Assembly (NCBI GenBank): GCA_964187785.1
Contig: OZ076410.1
Coordinates: 22,754,001-22,818,000 of the forward strand
DNA from: Amphiscolops sp. MND2022
Taxonomy: Eukaryota
Length of the DNA stretch: 64,000 nt
Direction: 5' to 3'
Shown here: in pieces, positions 40,501-52,249 of the stretch
Layout of the letters: every line of letters starts with the position of its first letter
Numbering within the stretch: position 1 is the first letter of the stretch
Translations under genes and position numbers: made by a program
The notes under the pieces: model-generated
Seen by the model: only the letters and a program-made list of their open reading frames with translations
Databases searched by the model: none
What the model was told of the DNA's origin: nothing

Positions 40501-43500
40501 TGTACCTATACGTTGTATGTGTACATTAGAAAATATCCTCCGTCTATTGTTTCTATACTCGGTTCTCTCGTAGGCCTGCTGGTAGCGAATGATAATCCTA
40601 CGTTATACTTGTACGTTTGAATCCACGGAGATAAAAAGACATTCAGTGCTAGCTAGCTGAACGACAACTGAGCTTGACTTCTCTTCTATTCGGCTGGCGG
40701 CACAGAAACCAGGAAAAGAAAAAGAATTATCCTCATTTATTCTTAAAGCTTCCTTCGCTCGCATCCAATGTGTTGGAAGAATTAGCAAAAGCCAAGTCTC
40801 TTTTCAAAGCTAGGTATACAGGCGGCACGAGGGGTTGAAAGATTTGTCGCAATAAGTAGCGTCGCTGTGTTATTGCAAGAACCGTGACTGTGCGATAGGA
40901 ATACATATTTATTCAGTTCCCGCTATTTTTGTAATCACTTTATATAACTCGTATTTTTCCTATTCGTGCCCCCTTTTTCTAAGGTAGCCACGAAAACAGG
41001 CTATTTCACTGCTGATTGTGGAAAAACATTTCAAAGATGCATGCATCATGGAAAATCTTTCATCCCAGACGAAGCCATCATATAGAGGTTTTGGGCAGGA
41101 AATACAAAGATGTAAAATTCATTCATGTATGCATACGTATATGCCTTCAAAAAATATCCGATACATGTATAGAATTTTTCATCTCTCTCCGTGTTCTTAA
41201 ATTCTTCAGAAAGAGCAGCATCTTAGAAGCAACCAAATTGTCACGAACACCCGAAATAACCTACCAAGTCGCCATGGAAATTTTGTTTTTCCCGTATAAG
41301 CTATTGCGACTTCGATCATTCGGCTGTGTGAAAAATGAATAAAGTCGTTCATCGAATCGTGTTACCAGCTAAAGTAACACAAAGCATTCTGTGGGCGTTT
41401 GTTCGCTACGCTTGAAAAACTGCCTGTTCGCTATGGATGAAAAACTGTCGTTTGCACTAAAATTTGTTTACCCACAAACGCAAATAATAAATTCAGCTCG
41501 TCGTAATGCGAGTGGGCTCTCTGAAAATATAGACCTTTACTAAAATAGAACATCAAATGGTAAAGCTGGTACTGATGTTTATCGTAAATGTAGAAGCTCT
41601 GGAGAATGCATAATGAATATAGCAAAATTCTTTCTTTAAAAAAGTTTCCTTGTAAAGTTATTCTTTCACTTAACTGAATCATGCAAACGCGAAGTATTGT
41701 CCTGTGATTTCTATATCGTTACTTCTAATTCTCAAGATGCATATATTTGCTTATCTTGTGAAGTTTTGAGTTTTTTCTTCCCAATTGTCAACTGCCGACA
41801 AAAAATCTATGCCTAAGATCTATGCCTAAGAACAAGTGCCTACTTTGAGGACTACGAATCATCACTTAACCGACTATTTTTTCTTGAAAATCTGTAGCTG
41901 TACGTTTCTTTTTACTCCAACAGCTAAATTTAGGTCAATTCGAAACGCTCGGCGAATCATAAGCCTTACAGCCTTACCTGTTGAGTCGATTGAAGTCGTG
42001 CTAAATCAGGTTTCTGCGATTAAATTCGCAGCCAATCAAATTCAAACTACAATCTGCTTTATCTCGTATCCACGAAAGAAGTCTCGTTATGTTTTAAATA
42101 GATTTGTGCGGTTGAGTCGGACAATTTTGCAGCTATAGGGTATTTCCGATTAGCGTGATATTATTGCGGGGCTGAAAAATCTTTTCAAGTTGAAAACGCG
42201 ACGTTCGTTCAAGTTGAAAATGCGACAATTCAAGAAAAAAGAGAAGACGATCTCGGGTGAAGAAGAACGACGGAGAAATTTAAATGGTATTGTCGGAATC
42301 TAGTCGGTTGAAATATTGGGAATTATGGTGTATGTATTCTACAAGTGCCGTAGTCTTTTACGTCTTTCTGCGGTAAAGTGTCGAGGATATGAAAAACCGG
42401 CGCGAGATGTAGAAAAAACCAGTCGAAATTGGCAGCGGTGGCTTAGTGTATGAGAACTATAGTGGGTATATATAATGTATAAGTGTACCGTCAGGTAATT
42501 TTATTTTTCATAAATTCAATTGATGGTGCGTGCGCAACGCAAGAATGTTAAGACGAAACAAAAAGGGATGGTGGAAAAATCGACTGGGAAGATTAAGCTG
42601 GTAGCAGAAAAAAATGAGAAAAAAGAAATACCGTAAGCATGCTTCGCTGGCGCTGCTACGAAAAAGTGGGAGCCGACATGAGCCAGTAGTAGCTAGCTTA
42701 TTAGGAATGCGTGCATAATACTTCGCTTTTTGTATACAACTTATTTTCCTTTACTCGTTCGCGTGAAGGAAAACTACTGCTACGCGCCACAGAAAAAAAA
42801 TGAATTCATTCCTTAAATTTTATGTTACCATGCGGCGGTGTGTAACTGGTTTGAACATTTGACATGCGGTGGTTAGAAGCATGTGGTTATTTTTAGAAAA
42901 TGAGGTACAATTCTGACGTTGTAAAATGACGCACATTAAATTTTTTTTCAACCTGCTGCTCATAAAAACGTGGCTACTTAGAGTTAAATACCTGCCTTTT
43001 TTGGAAGCATTGTTCATTGTTCAAATCTGCACCGCTGTTTCAGATTAATGCACTTCAAGCTGCTTAACGACAGAAAGACAAGCTGTCTAAACAACACGAA
43101 TAGGAATGGAAAAACACAATATAATCATCATTTAAGTAGAAAAAAAACAACAATTTTCCCCGATTTGAATAACTGCAACACCTCATGCAAATTCAGCTTC
43201 TTTTCCCGCTTTTATTTTTTAGAGAGCCCATAGGCTTAGAAGTGTGCAATATATTCCATTTTCAATCACTCCTTATGTCATTTCGTATTCTACTCGATAT
43301 TTTTCTCATATTTTTCTTTTGATTTGCTAGATTTGCTTCAAAAAGAAGGAAACTTCAATAACGTTTCCGTCGCTTTGTTCTTTTGGCCGAGCTAACTAGA
43401 GTTGCAAGTGATGAGAAAAAGTGAGAAAAAAAACAAAAAAAACAGCGTAGATTACTTCTTGCATGATTGAAAAAAAACGAGGTCAAAATAACATTATGAA

Positions 43501-43793
43501 GCCAGATTGCCCGAGAAGAACGACGGCATTCAAGACAATTTTGCAGAGCCAACCCAAGTCGAGATTGCTTGAACTTTTTACATGCTGCATGGAAACATGC
43601 GGGCTAATTTTTTACAAAACATGGAAAATTCCGGGAGCCTGTATGGAAACATTTTGTGGGATTACAATGCAGCTTCCACTATTTCAATTCAAACTGAAAA
43701 CAATTCCACTTCTTCACCGCCGCGATCACTTTGTTTTCACGCGTAAGTTTCTCAAGTATGTACCTTATGTGATCACTGTTAGTTAAATAGCAC

Positions 43794-44071
43794 TATAAAA
43801 CTTTAGGCAACTAAAGTTTGTATTTGAATTAAGATAAATGAATGAAACTCGAAGAAAACATGTGTGGGACCAATAAATCATTCAATCCCGCATCTTTTTA
43901 AAGAAACTAATAAAAACACATGAACAAATATGAGTCATAATTTCGAGATAGCAAAGAAACAACTTTCTGATCTTTCCAAAAAGATAATTTTTACTATGTA
44001 TTTCAGATTTCATGAAGTTATTTCGAAGAAATATTAGATAAAATTCTTTCAATCTTATTTCGAACGCAACA
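43794..44071 (-). repeat. 3' LTR of the BEL/Pao element
   Basis: Direct repeat of 51972-52249 with 14 substitutions by manual count (~95% identity). Starts TGTTGC and is preceded by the PPT-like GGGCCCGGAGGA (44083-44072). Confidence 0.95.
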
Positions 44072-44199
44072 TCCTCCGGGCCCGAGAAGATGATGATTTT
44101 TTGTCTCAAACGAAAAAGGAAAAACCTTTTCTTTTGAAATACACAAAAAACGGTTTACATAGATGTTCAGACTACATGTTAAATGTTCTATACTTTTTG

Positions 44200-47100
44200 G
44201 AAGCGGGGATTGAAACGAAAAGGATTCGGGATCAGGTGCTGGTAGCACGGGGCATAACTTCACGACTCGGCGAACAAGACAAAGACCGGTACTGGTCTTT
44301 ACTTCAGCAGAACGTGCAACGGAATTGCTGCCGAAGTTCAACTTAACAACTCGGGCTTGTGGGTAATGTCCTCTGGGACTAGTTGGCTTGATAATCCAAA
44401 CTAGATCTCCGGTCTTAAGTTGTCTCTTCGGCGGGCTGGACCATTTCGAACGTCTATTGAGTGAAGGAACATATTCTTTCAACCATCGGTGCCATATAGC
44501 ATCGGAATATGCTTGTGCACGCATATAACGTTTTCGATGGTCAACTTCAGCACGCTGATGCGATGGTAAAACAGAACCCGCAGTTCCTTCCTAGCAAAAA
44601 GTGGTTGGGAGTCAGAGCGTCCAAATCAGTGGCATCAGGGCTAGCTGGTACTACCGGTCGAGCATTCAGACTTTGCTCAACAAGGCGAAATGTTGTTGTC
44701 AAGATCTCGTCAGTTAGACGTCTGTTCCAGAGAACTGCATAAAAAACGTGTTTGAAACTTCAAACCACTCCTTCCCAGATGCCACCATGGTGAGGAGAAC
44801 TAGGTGGGTTGAACTTCCAAAAGATACGTTTCTTGACGAGAGTTTCAGACAAAATTTGTTCGTTCCAACTAGAAATGTTCTGTAGGAGTTCCTTTTCACT
44901 GGCTATAAAGTTGGTTTCGTTGTCCAACCATAAAACCGATGGGATACCCGGCGTGCCGTAAACCTCTTGATTCCCATTACGCAGCTGCTAGTGTCCATGG
45001 AGGGCACTACTTCGAAGTGTACAGCTCGTGTAGTCAAACAAGTAAATAGGAATTCCCATCTTTTCTCAGTCGATCTTTTCACGGAAACGTAGAATGGACC
45101 AAAGTAGTCTACGCCAGTGTTAGTAAACGGTGGCTCCTTGAAGGCAAGTCTTTCTCGTGGAAGATCAGCCATCATCGGACTGATAGTCTCAGATCGACGT
45201 TTGCGACAAGTTACACATCTCTAAACTATTGATCTCAAGGTGGTTCTAAGCTTGACGATGGCGAACTGTTGCTGCAACAACGCCCTCAAATAGTCCATAC
45301 CCTGGTGGCAATGAGACCTGTGAAAATGTTCGAGGAATAAACGTGTAACTGGATGGCGACTGTCCAGTAGGACGGGATGATTCGCGTCAAAAGTAGATAC
45401 GTCGAGTTGCTTTGTTCTGCCAGTTGCTCGAAGTAAACCTTTGGGTCCAATGAAAGGGGAGAAGTGTAGTATTTAAGAGGAACCGCTGAGCGGGGAGTTC
45501 TTCAGCAGTAGCTTCTGTTTTATGGGGAATGATTGTAGTTGTACCTGATAGAAAAGCTTCGTTTGTGCATTCTCAAGTTCACTTGGGTTCGTGATGGTAC
45601 CCGTCTGGGAGCGGTGGGCCTCATTTTTTTGGTATGAGACGCATCAGGTAGGAAACAACACGCAAAAGTTTCTCGAAAGAACTAGATTTATGCCACTCGA
45701 AAATTGATGTGTTGATGTCTGCATTAGAACCGACAGCAGCCTGATTTTTTGGGGAAGGCTTTTCTGTATTCTGGTCGTTAATGGCAGGTTTCAGTTTAAA
45801 TTTTGAATGTTGTGATGGCTTGAATGGCCAGTCCGACGTTTTCAGAAACTCCGGTCCTTAGAGCCAACTACTGTCTAACAATGTTTTTGCTGACAGGACT
45901 CGCGTGCCTGCATTGGCGGGGTTTTCACTGGATTTAACGTAATTCCAATCGTCGGTCGTGGTAAGATCCGCTGTCGGACCACATGAAAGCCTTGCTTATC
46001 TCTAGTGTCAGTGCTTTCTCAACTTCTTTTCGAAGCCTTGCTGCTAGTAACGAGGCCTGTAGCTCAAGTTTTGGTATTGTCAGGGCTTTCATGGGTGCCA
46101 CTCTGGCTTTCCCAAATACGAAGGTGATATGTGTTTGTTCTTGATTTTCTTGCTTGACAACCTTGGCACGTAGGAAAGCGACAGCGCTGAACACATCTTG
46201 TGAACTATCGCCAAATAGGTGAAGTTCCAATGTTTCGACTTTCCCTGGAAATAAGCACGTGGAATGACTATGTCGCTAAGACCTGGTAGTTCTTCACTCC
46301 AGGCAAGGAACTTGGCTACAACTTCCGGCGGTAAGTCGTCATCCCATTGTTGTCCACTCAACCTCCAAATGTCGTTTAACAGTAGTCGTGATTTGACGGT
46401 ATTCAGCGCGACAAGTCCGATCGGATCGTATCCTGAAGAGACTAAACTCAAAACGATTCTTTGATTTACTTTCGCCTTGACTTCAGGGTTCGTACCACGA
46501 CTGACTACAAGAGTGTCGCTACTGTGGTTCCACTTTAATCCCAACACATGTGACGATTCTTCGGTGCTCGGGATTTCTTTTGTCTCAGTTGGTGTTGTGG
46601 AGTCGGTTTCTACTTGTGGCGGAAAAGTACGCACATTTGAGACGAACTTTGTCAGTTTGAAACCACCTAGTGAAAGCAATTTCACTATATCTTTAGCTTT
46701 TCGGGCAGCTTCTTCAATGCTTGGGCTGGATTCTAAGTAGTCATCCATGTAGAAGTTGCTGATGACGCTTTGGGCGGCTTCCGGGAACTGAGATGCATTG
46801 TCAGTTGCTGTTCGTCTCAGGGCATAGTTCGCACAGGTGGGAGAGTCTTCGGATCCAAAGATATGGCGAACGTACTGGAACACAGCAACTTCTGCAGCTG
46901 GGTCCTCGCGCCACAAGAAAGGAAGTGATGGCTTGTCGTCTGGAATTACCCTAACTTTGAGAAACATTCCTTCAATGTCCACAGACACAGCGTACCGGTA
47001 TTGTCGAAATCGAATCAGGATTTGAATGGGTCTTTCTAGTAGATCTGGGATCGATAAAAGTGCATTGTTCTTTAAGGAGCCTTGAAATTTGGCCGCGCCA

Positions 47101-50100
47101 TTCCACACAGGTCGAATTTTACTTGGTTTGTTCGGATGGATGACAGGGTGCTGCGGGAAATACCATTCACGGGGGTTACTCACTTTGAAGCTGTCAGTCT
47201 TGTCAACGCGCACTATATAACCTTTCGAAAAGTCGTCTTGGATGTTTTTTGCGTATCGTTCTCTCAAGTCAACGTCTTTCCCTAGACTGCGTTCCAAAGA
47301 TTTCAGCTAAACGAGAGCCGAAAAATAGTTGTTCGGCAAGCTACTTTCATCGTCAGCCCATAGCATACCCACTTGATACCGAATCCCATCGTGGTAAGTC
47401 GTTTCATCAAGGATGGTCTCCGCTCTCGCGTCGGCTGCGGACGGGAGTTCACTTGTTTCATCGCTCCGTATGATTCCATGTCAGAGTCGGCGTAGCTGTA
47501 CTTGTGTAAAGGTACTGGATCTAAGTGAGGATACTTGGTTTTCACGCGGTCCATCTCGATAGTATCGGTGCCTACGCTGAGGTTGTCTCGCACGTAAGGT
47601 TTGATCGTAAAGGGAGAACAAGAGCCACCCGAATGAACCGGTGTCAACTTGAGTTCTACCATTTGCGTATCAACAACTTGCTGGGAGTTGACCCCATGAA
47701 CGGTCAGTTTAATCGGTATTCCTTGGACTTTCAGTTTGCTAGCCAAGCTTGCGGAAATCCAAGTATGGATACAGGCTGAGTCGCAAAGAGCTAAAACTTT
47801 CTTAGACTCCCAGCAGAAGGCAACTCAACTTCTGTAATTTGAAGAAGATCTTTAACATTGGTCACGGAAGCTAAACCGGAGCTTTCTTCGACCTGCTCCT
47901 TTATTTTTGTTGTTCCACTGCAGGTCGACGTTCCTGGATTTTGTTGTTAGAAGTATCGTTCTTTTGCGGGAAAAATCGGTCGGCTCCGTGGAGGAATGTG
48001 TTGTGGGAGCTTCCACATCCTTCTTTTGTACATTTACGAGGCTGTGGGCACTGTCGAAACGAATGGTCGGCGTTCAAACAAGAGAAGCAAAGTTTGTTTT
48101 CGGCGACTAACTTCGCTCTCCCTGTGGGTGTTTTCCTTCGGAAGAGTTGACATCTTCACAGAGTGTGTTTTTCTTTGCAGGCTACGCAATTGGATGGTAG
48201 ATTGTCCGACTTTTGTTTGGTGTTGGTCTTTCGTTCGTTGGTTGATGATGTTGCAGCGAAAACTTTGGATGTTGTCTTTGTTTTTGTGACACTAGACTGC
48301 GCATTTTCGTCCACTTTTGGCTTAATCGAAGCTGTTTTCATTCGTTCGTGGGCTTCGGCCTTTTCTTTTAACCAGTCATTGAAGTCGATCAGAGTGGGTC
48401 GGTCCAGGTTGCGCTTCACCGTATGCATCGACCATGCTTCTTTCATGTTCGGTGGAAACTTTTGTACGGATTGACAGAGTAGGGATGCACTTGACAAGTC
48501 TTGGTTGTAGTGAAGGGACCGAAAGACACCAACCAGCGAACCTACCGTTGCGGAATATCTAATGATACTATCGCTCTTGTGCATTTTCACCGGTGGTACA
48601 TCCGCGAGCTTATCCAAGTATGCAGTCACTACTGCCTGGGGTTGGCCAAATTTGCGCTCAAGTGTTTTGAATGCATCTTTGTACATAGCTCCGCAATAGG
48701 CAAACTCGACTATGGCAACTTTGGCCTTTCCGGTAACCAGCGTCTTGAGTTAGGTCAGCTTGACGTCATCTGACAGAGGAGCAGAGTTAATGGCGCTCTT
48801 GAACTGTCCGAACAACTCGTGCCATTGAAGCTGTACTGTGACAGTTTCCACTCTGGTAGATGATCTTTTCTACTTGACGCTAGCAGTTGTTCGACTTCAG
48901 GTAGTGTTAAACTGGCAGAGCTCGTAGGTGGCACTGTGGTAAGAGAAGATGTGACGAATGCAGCGGCGCTCGCAGTTGTATTCAAAGATGATGGTTGAGT
49001 CGTAGTACCGGCAACAGCTGGTGTTGCAACTGGGGGCGGTACGTAATAAACTGTTCCTCTACAAGTAACAGGATTGGCTAGTACTGGCTGAGCCGGAGCA
49101 CTACTCAATATTGCATTCGTTGTTGTCACTTGAATCAGTTGGTTTGACGGTAAATACGGGCTTGGTTGTGAAGATTGTCCAGGCAGACTTTTTCGGAACC
49201 ATGTGGCTCACTGGCACTGTGAGTGATGGGTTAGAGAGTACAGGAGGTTCTGGCGGCGGCATCAAAACTTGGTTTTGGATAATCGCTCTTTGAGTCGTCG
49301 TCGTGGGATTCACTTCCGGTATTCTTGGTTGAACTACTACCGGAGCAGAGGCGATAACGTTGATGAGGAGACTTTGAGGTGTTGGTTGGTCTCCGAGGTT
49401 GTCAGTAGAGGTTATTGTGGCTTTAGCTACAATGCTGGGCTGCATCTCAATTTCAGCTCCGCTGGGGAAGTTGTTGACCCAGTCATTGATCCTAGCTGTC
49501 TCTTTCCTTCGCTCGAAGCGCCCAAGCGCGACAAACTTTCATGAAAGTCAGCATTAGAATCCGACAAGTCATCTCGAAGTTCCATTTCGGCTAAGGTGGC
49601 TTCGGCTATTTTCCGGCGATTTTCTTCTTCTAGTTGTTCAACCCTCAAAGCCTGTTCCTTTCGCAATTTTTGCAGTTCTAGTTCTTGCTGTTCAAGTTCG
49701 AGCTGTTGTTTCTGTTTCGCCAGGCGTAGGGTGGCTTCATTCTGTCTCTCAATCTCTTCACGTCGTTGCTGAGTGATTATGAGATCGCGTTGCCGTTGAC
49801 TAGAGTTCTTTGACATTTTGGAGCTGGTACCTTTGCTGGACTTACTCTTGACCGTAGTTGTCTGACGTGAACCCTGGGAAATTTTGTCCTGATCTAGGCA
49901 TTGATCAATGTAGTCTCTTGCTTTCTTCAGGATTGCATCATTTTCCACAGTAACATCACCTAACCATTTCTCCAGGTCAACCAGGTCAACAGTTGTCATT
50001 GTCGGGTCATTGAACTTCTTAGCCAGCTGTAAAAGTTTCTCAATTTTAACAAAGGCCTTTGTCAATGATACTTCGCAAGACTCAACTAGTCGCACTACGC

Positions 50101-50224
50101 GAGCAGGGCGCTCTGAATGTTCAACAGCGGCTACAATATCAGTTTGGACCTTCTTCAGCTCGGTTTCAGCTTTAAGACGACTCTCAATGCACTTTTGAAC
50201 TTTCTCCTATACCGGATGTTCCAT
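44200..50224 (-). pseudogene. BEL/Pao gag-pol polyprotein with multiple stops and frameshifts
   Basis: Gag coiled-coil from ATG 50224. DUF1759-like LPEWKLS...FGQFKSAI...LKTLVTGKAK...LERKFGQPQ. Three Cys-His boxes CVACKEKHTL*RC / CFSCLNADHSFRQC / CTKEGCGSSHNTFLH. Protease VLALCDSA. RT WYFPQHPV, DIEGMFL, YMDD (~46740-46751). RNase H ELHLFGDSS...GKARVAP...IPKLEL. Integrase HRSHCHQG...CVTC, TGVDYFGPF. C-terminal WHRWLKEYVPSL. Confidence 0.95.
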
Positions 50225-50950
50225 TTTCAGTTCAAGTATTTATCAAATTAGTGAGATTCTTGGGATTGAACTGTCAAGTGGGCGGTAATTGAGCGATACT
50301 CTTTGAGCGTCAACCAAACAGTGAAGTTTGGACACAGCACCAAGAGATTAAGTGTCAAATATTGGGACGGGTCGGCGAAACAAACTATTTTGTTTGTTTC
50401 GGATCAAAATATAGTGACGGACTACGAGGACGACGACGAAGAACTTAAAGGTCAGTGTAAAACGCGATCTCAGTTTGAGATGCTGTTAAGGGGGGTGTAC
50501 TGTCAGGAACTCAACCGGACAATCAATTCCGGACACTATTCTAACAATGAGAGACAAAAATTGAATTATAAAATCATCAATTAAACTAAAAAGTCTAATA
50601 TTCTAAAAGCAATTGATTGTTAAAAGTAACTATCGGAAAAATTAATCGTGGGCCCGGAATTTTAATAGAAACCTATTTCTAGCATTTGAGGAATGTTTAG
50701 GTCATATTGTTACCGCAATTTCGACCAATCAATAAAAATTGGATCCCGTTATAAATTTGAGAGGAAGAGGTGAAGAAGGTTACAGAGTATCAACCAGACA
50801 ACTAAGTCTGGACACAACTCTGAAACAAGCAACAACCTGTGGAAACTTCAACCAGACAGTGAAGTCTGGACACTGTGTCCACAGTCAAGAGAAAACGGGG
50901 TTTTACTGCGAGGGATGCAGAGATGGCTTTTTGATAGCGTTTCGGGCACG

Positions 50951-51971
50951 TTAGCTAGCCCTGTTGGGACGGCTTTTGTCAGTGATGGCCGAAAGTTGAC
51001 TCTCTTTACGTAAAATGAAGTCAAGACTTTTCAACTCAAGCTCAAGACTCTGGTGCAAAACCTTGTATTGTTTTAAATGTTCCGGATCCTTTTGTTTTTT
51101 CGACGAAAAATAATCCTTCACGATACTGAATACTTCGATGTTTGGATCGGTTTTCAATACATACAAAGTATCAAAAATGTACGGCGTTCGAAAACGTTGG
51201 CAAAAAACCAGAGCACTGAGTTTGTCTTGAAGGCTTTTCAGCACATCAATCAATTGCGCACAGTTAAAGCTTGGAAATTGTTACTATCATGACAAGAAAT
51301 ACTGTTATTAAAAACGTCATGCCATATAACTATGTCTTTTTTCTCTTTGAGATCTTTTGCAAGCACGTTTTGAACACTTTTTTGTAATTGGATTCAAGCT
51401 CAGGCCGGGAGTAGAATAGATTTTATCTTTCTAACGTTCTTTTTCGTCCGGGGTTGAAGTTTCAGAAGCATGGTGTAAAGAGCTAGCAGCTAAGATGAAT
51501 ATCATGCGTGTTTTTTTTCGGAAGAAAGTCAAAAATTTTTCACAACATTGAAGTATCAAAGACTCACTTTTTTAAAAATAGTTTGCTCAAATTGAACTAC
51601 TCAAGATTTTCCAAAAAGGTTTTGTTTCTGTTTCACTATTAAACCACTCGGAATTTTTTTTCCAGTTTTTTTGTCTTTGAACATAACCAGTTTTTTGTAG
51701 TAATCTCGGGTTTGAGGGGCGTCTTCCGTGCTTCCCGGTTTTGAGGATTCAGAGTCCAAGACGTCTTCGGTGCGTGGGTTTTGAGGATTTGAAGAAGGGG
51801 GAGGCGCTGGTGAAGATAAGGATGGGAAATGGTCCTTGGGAAGAGTCAATGTGGGCTAGATGTTGTCCTCGTGCTGGTCATCTAATTGCCCAGTCTCCAC
51901 TTGAATCTTCTTCCAGAGTTCCTCACGCCCATGGGTTGACTGACTGAACTTATGCCTCTCAATGGCCACCA
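50951..51971 (-). pseudogene. Extra degenerate ORF (ORF0) between PBS and gag, SGNH-like motif pattern
   Basis: Fragments joined across stops and frameshifts: Pro/Ser-rich N-terminus, then FILAASSLHHA, IYSTPGLSLNP, VQNVLAKDLKEKKDIVIWHDVFNNSIS, LIDVLKSLQDKLSALVFCQRFRTPYIF... ending RPNRAS*. Confidence 0.5.
51954..51971 (-). promoter_or_regulatory. Primer binding site
   Basis: TGGTGGCCATTGAGAGGC lies immediately after the 5' LTR. TGG is complementary to tRNA CCA; the cognate tRNA was not identified. Confidence 0.7.
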
Positions 51972-52249
51972 TATAAAACTTTAGGCAACTAAAGTTTGTA
52001 TTGGAATAAGGATGAATGAATGAAACTCGAAGAAAACATACGTGGGAACAATAAATCATTCAATCCCGCAACTTTTTAAAGAAACTAATAAAAACACATG
52101 AACAAATATGAGTCATGATTTGGAGATAGCAAAGAAACAACTTTCTGATCTTTCCAAAAAGATAATTTTTACTATGTATTTCAGATTTCATGAAGTTATT
52201 TCGAAGAAATATTAGATAAAATTGATTCAATCTTATTGCGAATGCAACA
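51972..52249 (-). repeat. 5' LTR of the BEL/Pao element
   Basis: Direct repeat of 43794-44071; TGTTGC...GTTTTATA on the minus strand. Confidence 0.95.

Larger units (their letters stand above)
43794..52249 (-). mobile_element. Full-length, decayed BEL/Pao LTR retrotransposon (8456 bp)
   Basis: Two 278-bp LTRs; 5-bp TSD AGCAC (43789-43793, 52250-52254); PBS and PPT present; domain order gag-PR-RT-RH-IN with BEL-specific motifs. Confidence 0.97.

Noticed and set aside
43777-43793. Canonical LTR end (...AACA) at 43777
   Set aside because: This sequence is absent from the 5' LTR, and it contains the AGCAC TSD copy, so it is host flank.
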